From Raillietiella orientalis (lineage: Eukaryota): a stretch of 64,000 nucleotides of DNA. Of this stretch, positions 50,901-64,000 are shown in pieces. Numbering within the stretch: the first letter of the stretch is position 1; each line of letters starts with the position of its first letter. The position numbers and the translations under genes were made by a program. The stretch is taken from the NCBI GenBank assembly GCA_036172245.1, contig JAYWIR010000005.1, forward strand, positions 2,666,001 through 2,730,000, given 5' to 3'. The notes below the pieces were generated by a model that was not told where the DNA came from, did not search any database, and saw only the letters and a program-made list of their open reading frames with translations.

Positions 50901-53900
50901 AGGACTCCTCCTGAGATCGCCAAAGTCGAGGTTTCCGGCTCGCGCTCCCGACTGCTGCTCTTTTTCCGACAAGACTATGGGTCGGCCGTTGGCAGTAGGC
51001 AAGGCAAGGGAACCCTCGTCGCACTCTCCGGGGCAGGTGGCATCCGTTAACTGGAAGAACGAAACGTCCCTTTCGCTCACAGAGGCAGGCATCTCCCTCC
51101 TTCCGTCCAGCCCTCTAGGACATTCCCAGCAGCCTCTAGGAGGTTCTCTATAGTCTCCTCGGGAGGAAGCACTCCGCATCCCCCCCTGCGCACCGTGTAG
51201 GTACGCAAAGCGCAAAATTTGCCTCTTTCGGGAGTTCCTTAGGAGAAGTGGGGAAGCCGCTCCTTCCATCCGCTCTCGCACAAGACACGGTATCTTTCGT
51301 CTAATTTCCAGGAGAGGGCGAAGGGAAAAGGAAGGGAGAAGATGGGTTCAAAGATTCCCTGACCTCTCTCTTGTCTCAGAAAGCAAAACAAAATGGACTC
51401 CACACGAGCCAGGACCACGTGGCTCTCGGAACCGTCTGGAAAGCGACATGGCAGTAGAGAAGCGCCCTTCACATCGGTCCTTTGCGACGAAGCGGAGTGA
51501 GCAAACCGCTAAGAAGGTCGAAGACAGAAAAGCGAAAGCGAGGAGAGGAAGCGCCTTTGGAACGGACAAACTGATCAGTGACGGCCCGCGAGACTCATCA
51601 AGGAGAGCTGTTGCACCCTTCGCTCCGTTTCTCGCGATCGACTCGCATCGCGACGCTTCTTACCAATGATGGATGGGCCGCCCACTAGGATTTACAAGGG
51701 AGGCGCGCTCGCTGTCAGGTTCTCTTTCTTTACCTCCGCCATCTCTCGCTGAATGCCTGAAGATGGTCGCCGAATGTCTGCAGGTAACGAAGCAGTCACG
51801 TTCCGTGTTTCGACTTCCCTGGCTATTTGCTGTCCAGTCAGGTCACGCACCTGCTCTAGCTTTCTGGAGCGCCATTCGCCGAGTGCTGAAGGTGGAGAAA
51901 GTAACCCAATGTCCTGCACTCTTCTCTCAAGAAGGAAAGGCAAATGACCAACGTGCTGTGTCCGAGAAACACCGATGTTTAATGCCGGAGAATCCGAGAA
52001 TCGCAACTGCCCCTCTGTCGGAAAGTTCTTACGAGCACCCCCGTTGTTTTCCCACATCGTGAGGACGCTCCCTCCTATTATTTGCTTCTGAATGAGGGGG
52101 GAACCTTTTGAGGGAGCCAAGTTTTTGGGAAGCCCTTCCGGAGAAGAAACTCGGAGCGGAAACAGAGCGCATTTCGAGAAACAAGGGGGTCCTTGATCCG
52201 GGAACGCCGAGTCTCCTGGTTTCCTCACTGCAATATCGGTATTGCACACTGCCATCTCTACCAGGCAGCTGGAGTTACGGTAGCTGCACATTCAGCACAA
52301 ACAGCAAAACAATCGTTGGGATGCATAGCACTGTTGCGAGAGTCTCAAGGCGGCGGCTGAATCGGCACGATAATCGCTGGGCATCACTGGGCATCAAGCA
52401 CTGTTGTTGCAAGGACCTTGAAACCTCAGTTACAAGCGGCCCAACAATGGCTTGGGCATCCAGCATTGTTGTGAACACTTCCAAGCCACAGTTCTACTCC
52501 TTTCCTCAGTTTCACACTCTGGTACGGCGAAAGGAAGAAATGAGTTCCCGTGGGGGAGCTCGCAAGTGCAGCGTTTACCAGTTTGTAATGCAGTAGGCAG
52601 AAAGACCTTGGGGTCTCCGTTACCAAACTCCAGTTTCAGAGTCGCCCACTGCAAGCAACCCATTGAGCAAGCAACCCGTTGAGAAACCCCATCCTCTTCG
52701 GCGGAACCAGGGCTACATGTTGAGGCAAGTCCCGGAAAACTAGGTCCTCGAACCCTCCCTGAGGCAACATGTGGTTTCACCTACTCTTTCCTGAATTCTG
52801 GGCATGCCTGAATGAAGCTTTCTATTCCTTCGCGTCTTGCGTTCCGGCCTTTCACGCCTTCGTCGATGTGTCTCAACTTGTCAGCGTCTTCTTTCAGAGC
52901 TCGCGAATGCGGTACCACAACATAGCCTGCAGTTACCAAGCTTCGAGACTATGGAGCAGAAGAGGAACTCTTGAGGGTGCCACCCAGTCCATACGGGAAT
53001 AATGCAGCCAGATTTTATAATAGATAAGTGTGAATCAGAGATAAAGTAAACGCAGCTCGGTTTCTAATCCAACCGTGATCCAGGCGGAACGTCCATTTCG
53101 ACCGTGAAATGGGAATGCGAAGAGGAAAAGTCTCTTACCCACGATTGGGAGAGTCTCAAATGCCCCGACCTCCTTTCGCCTCACCCTGCTCAACTTCCAC
53201 CGCGCGCGCTGTGTAACAACCTTCAGTACAACCTGTTCCCCCGCCCCTCATTCCTGAACGCTCCACGCCCACTTCTCCGAGAGTAGAAAAGGGCGTGTCA
53301 TCTGTCCCTTCCGGATGACACGGGATTGACAAGGAAAAGATCTTTCTCGTTTTCGTCCGGTCACTTTCTCCATCCCCGCGCACCTTCGCGCGTGCTGCGT
53401 CTGCCTCGGGTCGCCAAGAACTCCGACCTTTCCTGTCCCCCTACCTTGCACGCTTCAGACGCTCTGCCTCCTCCATTGCCTCTTCGACCTCTTTCGGAGA
53501 CAAAGATAGCATCTTCTGATCCCCTCTTGGGACAGCGCGGGAATAGACCCTCCCCTTCTATTTCTTGCCGATCTGTTCTCCATCCCCGGGATCTTCCGAA
53601 GGCGAGCAAGAGAAGAAGATGGGGAGCGGTAAATAAGATCTTGGATAAGCGAGGCACCTGAAAGCTCACACGTCCTCCACCCGGGCGGTTTGCTCATGTG
53701 AAAACAGAGAAGACTGTGCCACGGGAGTGGCCTCAAGCTAGACTGTCCTCTGCGGCCACCTGACCCACGGGAAGGCAAGGCTTGAGAGGGAAGGGAAAAG
53801 AGAAGGTTTGAAAAAGAGGCGACTAGGGAAAGAAGTGGAATTAGGGCCGGATCGACGTCCCCAGATTCCCCTCAGGAGGGCAAAGGGACATCAGAAGCTG

Positions 53901-56900
53901 TCTGGCTGCATATGGAGCTGTTGCACTATGCCATATCCAGCTTCCTTCCCACAAACCCTCAAGAGTGTCTGCTCGAGGGCACCTTACGTCAGACTCAACC
54001 TATGAAGACCCGAATGGTCCACATAGGGTTCGGACGCGTCCTCTAGTATGTGCGGACTGTACCCGTTTAGGCGATGTTCCCCTCGAGCGGCTCTCCTCTC
54101 GAGCACCGGGATCCGCAGGCGGCAGTCGCGACGAGGGGTAAGAAGGGAGAGAGCAGGAACGAGAGGGATGCTTCTTTATCCCGTCAGGTTGCTCAGTGAG
54201 ATCAAAACTGGGAGGCCACTGTACTGACGGCTAACCTGCTGAGGACACGAGGGTCCCTCGGAAGCTACAGGAAGGCAGGAGCAACGGGGGAACTGGAGGA
54301 AGAGGAGAGGAGGAAGGAGAAAGGGAGGGAAGATGAGATGCAATAGCGGTGTGGAGAAAGGGGGTGGGGGGAAGAAAGAGGAGGGAGACGGGGGCTGGCA
54401 GCACTCACCATTTCGGTGCAGAGGCGGGGCTCCTGGACGAAGGGGCAGGCACGGCCGTTGGGCCTGGAGGTTGTTGAAGCTGCTGCTGCTGCAGCTGGCA
54501 CGATCACCTCCTCGTGGGAGACGCCGTTTTCCGCCTTGCAGCGGCCATGGAACGACGCTATCGTCGTCCTTCCACGTCGGCCGCTAGGGGCGTCTTCGCC
54601 TCCGTCGTCGTCGTCGTCGTAGCCACGCTCCTTGGCCGGCGTCGGGCGTCGATAGGGGGCGGTCGCGGAGGGGCGCTGCGGAGGAGTTCCGACAGGGTCG
54701 GCAGCACTCGACCTCTCCGCTCGGCCCTGAACACAGCTGCCGCGCTGTCCCCGAGGGGCAACGCACAGGAAAGTAGTCTGCGACGCCGACCCGAGGACAT
54801 TCGTCACTTCGCATCGGACCGCGATCTGCGTCCCTCGGCGCAAATCCGCGATCTCCAGCACGCTCTGCCCGCAGCCGTCTGTGACCTGCAACGACGGCAA
54901 CTGCAGGAGCGGCGTTTCAGTCTCTCCTTGACTTTCGCTTTCCGCCCTGCCCGCTTTCGCTCTAAAGCACGCGACCCGGAAGAATCATCCACGGGGAGGG
55001 TGATCACGCTCCTGCGCTAACCAGTGGCCCTTCCGGGGAAGGGGGACTCCAACAGGCCCTCGTCCCGTTCGCGTTCGTTCTCCACCTGCAGATGCCATGA
55101 GAGGAGGCTGCGTTTCTCTGCCTTCTGGGAAGCAATTCCTTCGGTATGAAGTCGTTTGGCGGCGGAAGAGAGCTGCCCGGGTCCCGCAGGTGAGGGACAG
55201 GGAAAATGACGTGAACACCTCGGATCGCTCAAACGGGGGAAGGGGGGGCAGATTCCTCCGTCCGTCGCCCCTGACTCCTCGGTTCACATCATCCGGGCGT
55301 CCCTCAGGAGGTTTCTCTCTCGCTTCTTCTCGTCGTCCATTCGATAAGCGGGGTCAGGGCGGCTGACCTGACCTCAGGGAATTCTTCCCAGCTGTTTCTC
55401 GTCAAGCAACTTCTGCTTCGCTCCCGTCCCGAATGAGAAGCATCTCCCCCCCTTCCACAAACAGTACCACCTTTAGTCCGGGTCACGTGACTTTCCTCCG
55501 AAAGCATCTCCTTCCCTCTTCTTCCTTCCCTTCCCGTTTTCCCAGACCGGGACAACCCACTCCGTCGGAGGGAGGAAGACCGGTAACCTCATCCAGAGTG
55601 TCCGTCGCAAAAGAAGAAGAGAAATCTTGACGCGTCCTCGGGGAACTGTTCGGAGGGCTGGTCTCAACTTCCCCTTCACTACCCTCCGACCGGGGAAAGG
55701 CAGGGACCGTCTCCTGGGAAGCGGGCCGCAGAGGTGACGCAAGCGTCTTCGGACGTGTGAGTGCTCCCGAGTGCTCCCACCCTTCCATCACCCGCTGAGC
55801 ACGTGTGTGGGGACTCCTCAGGCATACCGAGCGGCGGTTTGTCCACTCTCCGCCACGTGGACTTTCAGACTCGCTCCCTACGCGTCCGGCAGGACGGCGT
55901 GCAGCCTCCGGGGGACTGACTCGCGGTGAGGAGAGGGAAGGGTGGAGTACTCCTCCATCGTCATGTTCTAGAGGTGACGCCCCAGGGCAAACCGGGAGGA
56001 GGACAAGGTCCCGGGGAGGCACGAAGGGAAAACGAAAGGGTGAGTAAGCCCCTCGCTTCGCTCCCTCCCGTTCCTTCCCTTCCCTCCCCCAGAAGCTCGA
56101 GAGGGCGAGCGAGCCGCTGCGGGACTCATCGGACGCTGAAGGACTTCAGAGAACGCCCTTCCCTGCTCCGGGGATCATCCAGCGGCATTCACCTCCCTCC
56201 TCCCCCTTGGCGCATCTAGTAGATCCCGTGTCGCCGGGACCCGAGGTAAGGGGCACGCAAAGCGCTCACTGGCAAGAGCCCCCCCACCTTCTATCTTCCC
56301 CACCCTCTCCCTGCTTACACCCTGAGCGCCGCGCTCCTTCCTACTTTGATCCTGTGAAACTCCTCGACGGGACGCTCGTCTAGGAACCACCTGACCAGGG
56401 GGGATGGCACCGCCCAGAAGCGGGCAGTGAATGCCGTGGGACTGCCCTCCTCTGCGGGCGTGGGGTGCAGCTCCGACAGGATGTGGGGTTTGAAGAACGG
56501 AATGCTTCCAGACTCGAGGGCTGGAAGGGCAGCGGGAGCGATGAGGCAGGACTCGGCGAGGAAGAGGGGGAACTCACGCTCGACCCGCACGCGGCAGGAG
56601 CACGTGGCCTTCCCGCGGGAGTTGCGCGCTTCGCAGAGGTACACGCCCTCGTCCTCCAGGAAGACGTCCTTCATCATGAGGACCCACTCTCCCCTCCTCC
56701 TCATGTGGCAGAAGTAGGACGAGTCCGGTATAAGACTGGAATTGCGCGTCCAGGTGACTGCCATTGGCTCCAGCCCTGGAAGGCAGCAGTGGAGCTCCTC
56801 CCCATCCCGCTTCCCGCCGGTGCTTCGACTTTTCCTCAGGAAATAGGAGAGGGGAGAAGGAACCGGAAAACATTCCTCCCCTCCTCGTTCCTACTGGCCC

Positions 56901-58402
56901 AAAAAGCCGCAACCCCGGACGGAAGTCCCCCCACTCACCCTTCACCCGAGCGCGCAGCTCCACAGTCTCGCCCTCCATGACCATGACGTCCTGGGGCCGC
57001 TGGTGAAATACGGGACCCGGCGGCGGCTGCGAGGAGCGGGCGACCTCCAGGGTGGCGTTGCTGCGGGCCTCCTCGCCAGTCATGCCGTCCCGGGCGACGC
57101 AGGAGTACGCACCTGCGTCCCGCAGGGAGGCGCGCGCCACCCGCAGCTCTGCTGTCCTGCCATCGAAGCTCAGGGAGACGGTGGAGTCCTGCACGAGGGC
57201 GCCGTCTCTAGGAGGGTGGAAAGAGTGAGGTCAGCTCAGCTGCTCAGCTCTAGGTCAAGCGCTCTGTCCGTCCCCTAGAGGAGCCCCCCACGTTCGTATT
57301 CGTCCTTCCCGCCACTTCTCCGGGATCCAGGACTCGGGAAAAAGTGAAAAGAAGGTGAGGAAGCCCGGAATCTCGAAGATCTTTTCCATCCTCGTCCGTC
57401 CCGGGTAGCGGGAAGGAGGATGAGGGAAGGAGGATACACGCCATCCCCTGGAGGAGACCGGCGTCATCTTACTTGAACCACAGGATCTCAGGGATCTCCG
57501 TGGCCCTCACGTCGCAGGAGAGTGTGACCTCTTCGGTCTCGTACGCCCTGACTGCGCTGAGCTCCTTGGAAAAGACGGGGCGGCGGCTGTGCTTCGAACG
57601 GATGCTGATCTGCGACGCTTTCCCACAGCAGCACGAAGCCTCGATCCCTGCCGGAAAAAGGGGTGGAGGAGGTCTCTGCCTGGCACACGAAGGAGGACTT
57701 ACCGTCTATGTGCAGGTGCGAGGTCACCTGGCAGCTGCCCGCACCATTGGACACGGTGACCTGATACACGCCAGCGTCCTGGGGGCGCACGCTTGCCACG
57801 CACAGGGTCTTCTCGCACCCTTTTTCTTCCATTCTGTACTTTCTGCCACTGGTGAGCTCGCGGCCGTCCTTGGACCAGGTCACGGACAGCCCCGATAGCC
57901 TCTTGACCACGCAGGTGAACTCCGCCTGCTCGCCTTCCCTGGTGATCTCGTTCTGGAGGATCCTCTGGAAGGTGGGCGGAGAGGGAGGAGAAATGAGAGA
58001 GGAAGGAGGAACGGGGAAGTTTTCCTCCACCTTCCAGCCTCCGTCCGCATCTGAAAAAGACGACGTGAGAAGAAAGAGGATGGAGGTCACTTCGCCTTCC
58101 TCTTCTCTTGACGACACCCGTGCCTCTGGGATCACCGCGGACCATGGCGGGAGGGGTGAATGGACCTGCTCTCCTCCAGGCAGAACGGAGGAAGCGGTGA
58201 CCATCCCGACAATTCCCCGGGGCATCGGCCTCAGCAGAGCGACGCCTACCTTCTTCATGCACTCCACGTGCCCTCTTGCCCTTGCAGCACGGTGGAGCCG
58301 GTGCATCTCGGTTCCCGTCCGTCCTGCCCGTGTCCCGGAAGGTTCCTCGCGCAGGGTCGTAACTGGTCACTCCGGCGCCGTGCAGCAGCATTCCGTTGCT
58401 CG
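47990..58402 (-). CDS. MYLK: Myosin light chain kinase-like protein (Stretchin-MLCK/smMLCK type): 4 I-set Ig domains, kinase, CaM-binding helix; 5' end unresolved
   Basis: Exons 58402-58118 (tentative), 58050-57703, 57647-57473, 57207-56939, 56775-56578, 56520-56345, 54885-54409, 51050-50900, 50006-49881, 49821-49533, 49326-49185, 49120-48921, 48841-48689, 48330-48207, 48091-47990; phases consistent. Kinase motifs ELGKGRFG, AAKFI, GGELFERV, HLDLKPENI, IIDFGLA, GTPEFIAPE, SDMWAIGVICY, SPFLG. Regulatory segment KLKKFMIRRKWQKTGNALRALSRM. Ig motifs WSKDG..DAGVYQV, DAGAYSC, DEGVYLCEARN. Minus-strand AATAAA at 47975-47970, just after the stop. Confidence 0.92.
52400..53000 (-). mobile_element. Decayed Ty3/gypsy integrase remnant inside MLCK-like intron
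   Basis: YVVVPHSRALKEDADKLRHIDEGVKG..GIESFIQACPEF recalls the integrase H2C2 domain. Downstream GTHFFLSPYQS recalls GIxHxxSSPYHPQSNG. Lower GC than the host gene. Confidence 0.35.
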
Positions 58403-61400
58403 CTGCGAGAGGAGAGAGACGGTGAGAGAGAAAGAACCTGGGTTGCAGAGAAGGTGGAGTGTCCCGCCAGCTCGTCGGAGGACAGGGGGTCGTCCCGGAG
58501 GTCGGCCTTCTCAGACCGACCTCCGGGAGGTCCCCTTTCCTGAGACGTCCTCCCCTTCTCCTTCCATTTCGACAAGAGATTTCTCTAGGCTGGAAGGCGA
58601 TAGAGTGGCAGCAGGGGAGTTCCGAGGCCGCCGGACATGGCCAGTACGGAGCGGAGGTCACCCTACCACACTGCGTCCCGACGCGCAATTCCAAGACACG
58701 GACTCGCCCCGGCGGACTCGCCCCGAGGTAGCGGAAGGAGGACATTGGTGGTGGTTGGCGTATGCCTACGACCCACAGGAGTCAAGTGGTGGGCAAGGAG
58801 CGACTGCAACTGCCCGCAAACAGTTCCAGACTGCCAGCACGGGAGAGCAGGAGCATGCTACTGCAAATGAACCGAAGGAGGGCGCGGAGGTGCCCGGCGT
58901 CACATCCACGTGCTTCTATCCCTCTTATCTCATCCCTCTGAAATGGACGCACGATGTCGTGCCAGATTCCTCTTGATCCAGTGGGAGTGCACTGACGTCA
59001 GCAAGAGAGATGCTGGACTTGAGATTCGGACAAGCGAGGGGAAGGAAGAGTCATGAAAGGGGGGAGAGAAGAGAGAAGAGAGAAGGGTCGTCGCTTTGCA
59101 GTATTCCATTCCAATGGAGCGCTCGAGGAAAACGATCGAGGCAGCGACTGCTTCCGGCGGACCGCAGCTCCCCTCTCTCCCCGGCAGGTGATGCCTCCCA
59201 AGCGTTTCCGGAATCGCTGGAGACGAAGTGGTCATCGCGGAAACGAGAGGCAGTTTTCCAAGAGAGCTTCCGGTGGGTTACCCACGCACGGCTTGACTTG
59301 ATGCTCTGTCTGCAGCCGAATCTCTCTCGAGGAACTTGCACTGGTGAAAGAGCTTCCGGATGGGTGTTGCAAAGTCTGCTTGATTTCTTTCCTCCTTCCT
59401 GCCTCCCCCACCTTCCTCCGGATCTCTCAGATCCTCCAGGAAAACCCGCTTCGCGCAGGAGGCGTGACGGCAACCTCTGTGACCACGGAACTCGAGCCGA
59501 GTACAGGAGCCCCAGGACCCGAAGAGACGCAAACCGAATGCTTTCTAGTCTGGCGGCGGGGGTAGCGGGCTGACGGAAAACGCTCGTCATGGCAACCGCT
59601 CTCCTTCCGGCGTGCAGGCGCACCGTGTGGCGTCCAGGGAATCTCTTGGACGTCGGACGAGAGCAAAGGTCACGTGTAGCGTGGCGGTTTGACTATTGGA
59701 GCTCTTTCCAGTCCAAGAGCTGCCCTTCTCGATGAAGTGGACAGTGGCCGGAAGCGGCAGCAGGCGGACACCGAGCGTTCCAGAGGGCAGTTCACTGGGA
59801 TTGGATCCCGTTCCGCGAGGCAAGGGGGTGGGAGTCGCACTGCAGCGGCAGGCAGGAAGAATTCCTCCCTCCCTCTCCCTCTCTTATGGATCACCCAACA
59901 TTATTTTCGGATGTTGCGTCCACCGCCTCGACCGAGGTCCGCACCTTCTCCCTGTGGCGAAGCGGAAGATTCCCGAGACGAGCCCTCGCCCTCCAGAAGT
60001 GACCTCAGGAGTCACTTTGCCTCGGAATGAGGATGCCGGCCCAAAATCGCTGAGAAGGCGGCAGTTGGGTCCTCTTCAGCAAGCGTAGCCTCCCCGGGCA
60101 ACGCGGAGATGCTCCAAAAAGGCGTCTACCTCGAGCGTCCATCTCCCGGCAGAGCGAGGGATCCCCATCCCGCACCCAGCATCAGCGGGCCGAGCTACCG
60201 ATAGACCCGGCCAGCTTTATCGGGAGTTTTCACCGGTGCTCCCGGTGGGAACGGGCGGGAAGCGGAAGGATGGAAGGAGCACCCGAGCCCTGAGGTCGAG
60301 GTTCACGGAGGTCCGTTCCGCGCACACATGCCAAGCCTGTGGTTGAAGAGAGGCAGCGGGCTGGTTCCTCGACCACGGGTCGCCTCTCGTCTCACTCCCG
60401 GAAGGGGGAGATTGAGATTTATACCCGAGAAGCCTCAAAGCGACGAAAGTCAAGCCTGTGCCGAGAGTTCTTCTTCCTCTTTCCTTTCCTTTTCCTTCGC
60501 CCTGCCCTCCGAGACGGCCCGCCGGGAGGGGGTTGCTGGCCGCGCGAGAGCGCAGAGCCGGCTGTCCCTCTCCGTGCGGCCGCGAGCACCAGTGCCCTCC
60601 CTCCGAAGCTCCTGGAAGCGAGTGAGAGTACGAAGATCGACTTCTGGACCGTTCTGCACGCGATCGGAAGTTTCGCTCCTCGCCACGACCACCTTCCCGA
60701 TTTCCATCAACGGCCACCTCGGGACTGCTCGCCCGGCTTGTATTCCGTCTGCCGCACCCGTCGCCGAATCTCCTAGGACCCTGCTGGCTGGCTGCGCAAG
60801 CGCAGGAAATTCAAGAAAAAACAAAAACACGGATTGGATAAACGCAGGTTGCTACGCTTTACGTCGTTCTCCCGAAGAAGTTATGGCCGTGTCTTCAACG
60901 GAATAATGATGAATTTGCCCGCATTCGTCGGAGAACGCGTGACCACTCGGGGGCCGCACGCGCGAGCTTGGCGACCGAGTGCCCATGGGCGTTTGCGCGC
61001 GCAAGAAGTGAGCCGGTCTCCAGGTACCCTCTCGGAGGACGAATGTCGAGCCTGATGAATCGCTCCGCTTCGACTCGTCTCGCGTCAACCTCGGATCTGG
61101 ACGCCGCCACGCGCGTCGCGGCGCCGCTGGCGCTCTGCGGTTCCGGACGGGGTGGAGCGGGGCTTGCAATGAGATGGAGGGAAGGTGTCCTGGAAAAAGG
61201 GTCAGCCTCCCACGCGTGTCGAACAGGGCTCCTGGACAACCCGTCCGTCTGGGATGTGCATCTGCTTGTGCAGCGGCTCGGGGCGGCGCTGCTTTCGACC
61301 TCGCGAACGCACCCGCAGCTCTTTGCCCATCGCTCCAAGAAGCGCTGCGGCGAAGCAGCGACGGAGGAGACAGCGGGTCCGCGAGGAGGCAGGGGAGGCG

Positions 61401-64000
61401 ACTCTGAATCCTCGGGCTCAGACACACAGAAACTTCTCCGCACCTCCGGCCGTGTGTCGACGATGGCGAAGACGCCCGCTAACTGCTGCTGCTACCGCCC
61501 TCTTCGATCAGAACGCTCCTACAAAAAAGGCGATGTCGCCTGTCGGCAAAGGTGGCGCGTCCGTCCCGAAGGAAACCGTCAACCCTTCCACGGGGCGCCG
61601 TCGTCGGGTGATTCTCAGCCTCTCCCTACAGAGCATCCATTCCCAGGATCTGCAGAGCCATCCGGTCCCGCTTACGCATGTCTCCCTCCCCCTTCTTTTC
61701 CCGGACGCGGACTGCGAAGATCTGCTGCCGTCGAGAACGGCACCATCACCCGAGCTTTCCAGTGAGGGTTTCCAGACTCCCCTTCAACTTGTCAAGTGAC
61801 GGCCGTGAGAGGGGCATGCCACCGGGGGGTTTGCAGGCAGAGCGGGTTCGCAGGAGGGGGAGCTTCGAAATTGGGGTGGGGCTCGAAAGGCACGTTATCT
61901 GGTGCCGCAAAGGGCCGTACTCAGGGGAGACGCCCTCGGAGACAAAACCGGATCGGAGGACAGCCTCACCGGAAAGCTGGTCGAAGCTCAAGTCCCTGGT
62001 CGACCAAGCCCAGTTTTTTACGCAGCTCGTCGGAAGAAATCGCGAGGAGTCCGGAGAAAGAAGTGGAGGGTGGGGGAAAGGGAGAGAGAAAATCCTACTC
62101 ATCGTGAATTTTCTCTTGGGGGCCCGGGGCTACAAAGCAGGTCACCCCTGCAGGTGGGGTCCAAGGACGAATGCTCTTCACAAGACGAGGTGGAGGACAA
62201 GACCATTGAGGCGTTCCTCTCGCTTCGCGTCTCCAGAGCTTAGGCAACCACGATGGCGGCTAGGGAGGACAGCTTGACAACCTTCTTCCCGGGGGAAGCC
62301 GACATGCTGCTCCGGTCTCTTTGCGACGGTCTGCACCCTCGCCCCAGAGGAGGGGCGCACACGCCCTTCGCCCGCGAGAGAACGGGTCCGCGTCATCGCA
62401 GGGCGGAGGAGTTCATCCTCTTCCGGCGGAAGAGGGCGCAGTGCAGTTCCCGCGAGGTCCTATTAACCCAATGCGCTGCCGGGCCCTGAGTCACCTCTTC
62501 CTCTCGAGAACGGCACGCCTTCCTGGCAACCGGGCGTGCTCCCCCCTTTCACCGAAGCGCTCGCACTGCTGGGGTCCGGTTCGCCACCCCTCCTCCCCCT
62601 CACCGAGTTCCCGAGGGATGCAAGTTCTGAGGGCTGAGGCGGGCGCGTTGGCGGTGGCCTCGTCCCGAGGAGCGCGCGCTCCCAGCGTGAGCTCTGCACC
62701 TCCTGTGAAGTGGTGCGGCGGCGACCCACAGCCGACAAGTCGGTTCCGTAGGGTGATGGATTGGGCAGTTGGGCGTGTTTTCCAAAGGAACCGAGAATGG
62801 AGGAGTCGCCTCGTTCCGGCTGCATCTCGAGACGGGAGGCAGTGCCCCCAGCTCTCGTGTCCCGCCACGACGACGTTCGGGACGAAGCGCGTGTTTGCTG
62901 ACGTCATCGCCTGGAATCCGCTTGCCAGCAACCAGCAGCAGCAGCAACGCACAGGGAAGGGTGGGGGGTAGGGGGGAAAAGCTCCAAAATGCATTTTTAC
63001 CAGCAAGAAGAAAGAACAGGGAGCGCTCTAGCTCTAACAAGGTGGCTTACCTGCTTTGTTTCCAAGGAGACCGCTGGAGCCTTTCGCTCCACGTGGAGGT
63101 ACTTACTCGGTCCTTGTGCTCGCAGTCGACAACGAACGGAGTCACGCCAGACGGGAGGGGGAAAGGGGAAGGGGACCAGGGGAAGGGGTTGGAAGTGAGA
63201 AGGGGCGGGGGAGGAGGGCGTAAGGGAGAAAAACCACCGAAAGGGGGCACGCGTTTCAAAAAAGTCGCTGCTTCGTGCCAACGACAAGACTACCTGCGCC
63301 GGGAGCTGTGCCTCTGCGACGCCTCGTACCGGAGGCCTCTACCATTCCTCCTTCGGCGCACCCATCTGGGCAGAGATGCGGTTCCCTCCTTTCCCGGGCA
63401 AGAACCGACAGTGCCGAGGAACGCGCCTCACCGGTAGCAGGTCGAAGAGTAAACTTTCATAAGAATCCCTCTGGCGAAATGAACACCGGCGTACACACAC
63501 ACATCGTTACATAATGATCGGCGCTGCGATGCAGGCGCAAGCATAGTCCCGGCGGACCGCTCGTGCGCGCGGGCTGAACCGGCCTGCGGGTAACGGTGCG
63601 TCTGCGTACGTCCAGGGCTCGCGGGGTCCTAGAAAGCTTGACCTCTGCGTCGCGGAGCGCGCGCGGCGAGAAGCGGAAGGAAGCCTCGGCTGTTGCAGCA
63701 GGCAGGCAGGGCCACCTTTTTGATTTCCTTCCGGCTGCTCAGGACCCGCTGCCTTCTCCGCTCGCGGGAATTTTTCCCGGACTGTCCCCCGGGCAACCGG
63801 TTGTTCCTCCCCGTCGCTGCTCCTCGGAAGGTGCATCACGTTTTCCGGAAAAAGCATGGATTCCTTCCCTGACAGCTAGGAGGTTTATTCGGAGACCGAG
63901 CTATATTTCACGAACTTCCCGGTCACAAGATGACATCTGTAATTGCCGCACGTTGCGTATCGAAAAATGATATCCCAATCCAATGACCCATAACCTGTGA

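Noticed and set aside
57488..58976. Long overlapping ORFs (272, 348 and 374 aa) as separate genes
   Set aside because: Explained by MLCK-like exons, their alternative or antisense frames, and low stop frequency at high GC. The same applies to most ORFs beyond 36 kb.

Overview
Eukaryotic animal DNA, most likely arthropod (inferred from protein similarity, DRE-like motifs and very short introns). It is not prokaryotic, and no CRISPR, rRNA or tRNA genes were found. The left part (about 1-26 kb) is AT-rich and holds three intact intron-containing housekeeping genes: methionine aminopeptidase 1 (+, 9 exons), a kraken/SERHL-like alpha/beta serine hydrolase (-, 2 coding exons) and cohesin SMC3 (+, 24 exons, 1201 aa). 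One SMC3 intron hosts a SNORD79-like box C/D snoRNA and another has a U12-like donor. The middle (about 27-45 kb) is mostly decayed retroelements: CR1/L2-like, gypsy-like, two opposed L1/Tx1-like 3' ends and a gag-like ORF1. It ends in a hairpin-forming ~41-bp minisatellite arranged as a ~620-bp higher-order dimer, next to an inverted 83-bp copy of a kinase exon. The GC-rich right part holds a 5-exon gene for a secreted 12-cysteine protein (+, not recovered by the ORF track). It converges on a myosin-light-chain-kinase-like gene (-, 4 Ig domains, kinase, calmodulin-binding helix) whose 5' end I could not fix. Exon structures were worked out by hand from GT-AG sites and reading-frame phase. Family assignments come from remembered motifs, not database searches.
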